This document shows positions 63,510-64,000 of a stretch of 64,000 nt of DNA, in pieces. The DNA is taken from contig JAHDPO010000006.1 of assembly GCA_018434325.1 (NCBI GenBank), positions 31,668-95,667 on the forward strand, given 5' to 3'. The notes under the pieces are model-generated. The model saw only the letters and a program-made list of their open reading frames with translations. It was not told where the DNA came from and did not search any database. The position numbers and the translations under genes were made by a program. This DNA comes from Clostridia bacterium. GTDB taxonomy: Bacteria; Bacillota; Peptococcia; DRI-13; UBA5745. Each line of letters opens with the position of its first letter. Positions within the stretch are counted from its first letter, which is position 1.

Positions 63510-64000
63510 TATTCGTTACCTCCCCGGTCTTGACTCTCCTGCTCCGGAGATGAAGAGGACTCGGGCTGCCGGGCAGCTTCCGCTGCATCGTCTTTATCCG
63601 GGGACTTGGCTTTTTCCAGCTCGTCTTCTTCGGCCCATTTTTTCTCCAGAGTACCCCAGTGGGGCTCAGGCTTCTTCAGGCCGGCGGCTGCAAAAATAGC
63701 CTTGACTTCCTCGGCGTTGATGGTTTCTTTCTCCATCAGGGACCTGGCCAGCGTGTGCAGTACCTCAATATTATCTTTCAGGATGGTTTCCGCCTCCTGA
63801 TAGCACTCGTTCATCAGCCGCCGGGCTTCCTTATCGATAGCTTCCGCCACCGCTTCGGAGTAATCCCGGTTTTGGGAGAAATCCCGGCCCAGGAAAACCT
63901 GCTCCTGCTTGGCGCCGTAAGTCAGGGGCCCCAGAGCCTCCGACATGCCGTATTCCGTGATCATTTTGCGAATGACCTTGGAAGCCCTTTCCAAATCGTT
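63509..64000 (-). CDS. ftsH: ATP-dependent zinc metalloprotease FtsH, C-terminal part (5' end outside the window)
   Basis: The frame is open to the window edge. Motifs ITEYGMSEALGPLTYG...VFLGRD and an acidic C-terminal tail. 1-nt TAATG overlap with the downstream thioesterase start. Confidence 0.85.
   Translation of the reverse strand, partial: NDLERASKVIRKMITEYGMSEALGPLTYGAKQEQVFLGRDFSQNRDYSEAVAEAIDKEARRLMNECYQEAETILKDNIEVLHTLARSLMEKETINAEEVKAIFAAAGLKKPEPHWGTLEKKWAEEDELEKAKSPDKDDAAEAARQPESSSSPEQESQDRGGNE

Overview
The window reads as chromosomal DNA from an endospore-forming Firmicute, since bofA, yaaT/ricT, yabA and yaaL are all present. Most genes are on the minus strand.

The conserved backbone follows Bacillus-type order:
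- rsmI-yabA-yaaT-holB-darA
- a leuABCD operon behind two tandem T-box leaders
- dnaX, ybaB-recR-yaaL-bofA
- a cell-wall-polymer cluster (DUF5693-like, csaB, murJ, tagO-like, SH3b)
- lysS-greA-dusB-coaX-folKBP-ftsH

Three accessory blocks interrupt this backbone:
1. 3.5-9.4 kb: AsnC regulator, UbiD-family decarboxylase, an unannotated 51-aa zinc-ribbon ORF, a TAXI-TRAP transporter and UbiX.
2. 19.1-23.6 kb: MerR/GyrI-like regulator, HelD-like helicase and a DUF1848-like Fe-S protein, bracketed by two copies of a small TIR element.
3. 28.3-45.1 kb, a mixed island:
   - a candidate type I toxin-antitoxin locus
   - a large surface protein
   - HepT/MntA
   - a TetR-MFP-RND efflux operon
   - cardiolipin synthase
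   - an orphan anti-sigma-like protein with a repeated N-terminal module
   - a GIY-YIG plus unknown-protein operon with palindromic operators
   - a nitroreductase
   - a C5-methyltransferase/restriction pair

The candidates I rate most worth follow-up are:
- the type I TA-like locus (28446-28771)
- the GIY-YIG/unknown two-gene operon next to the R-M system (41029-42116)
- the UbiD/Zn-ribbon/TAXI-TRAP/UbiX module
- the ~120-150 bp TIR (MITE-like) family with four copies
- a hairpin motif shared by two unrelated 5' leaders

All protein family names come from motifs recognised by eye in the supplied translations. No database search, HMM scan, RNA folding or composition calculation was run. No rRNA, tRNA or CRISPR array was seen.
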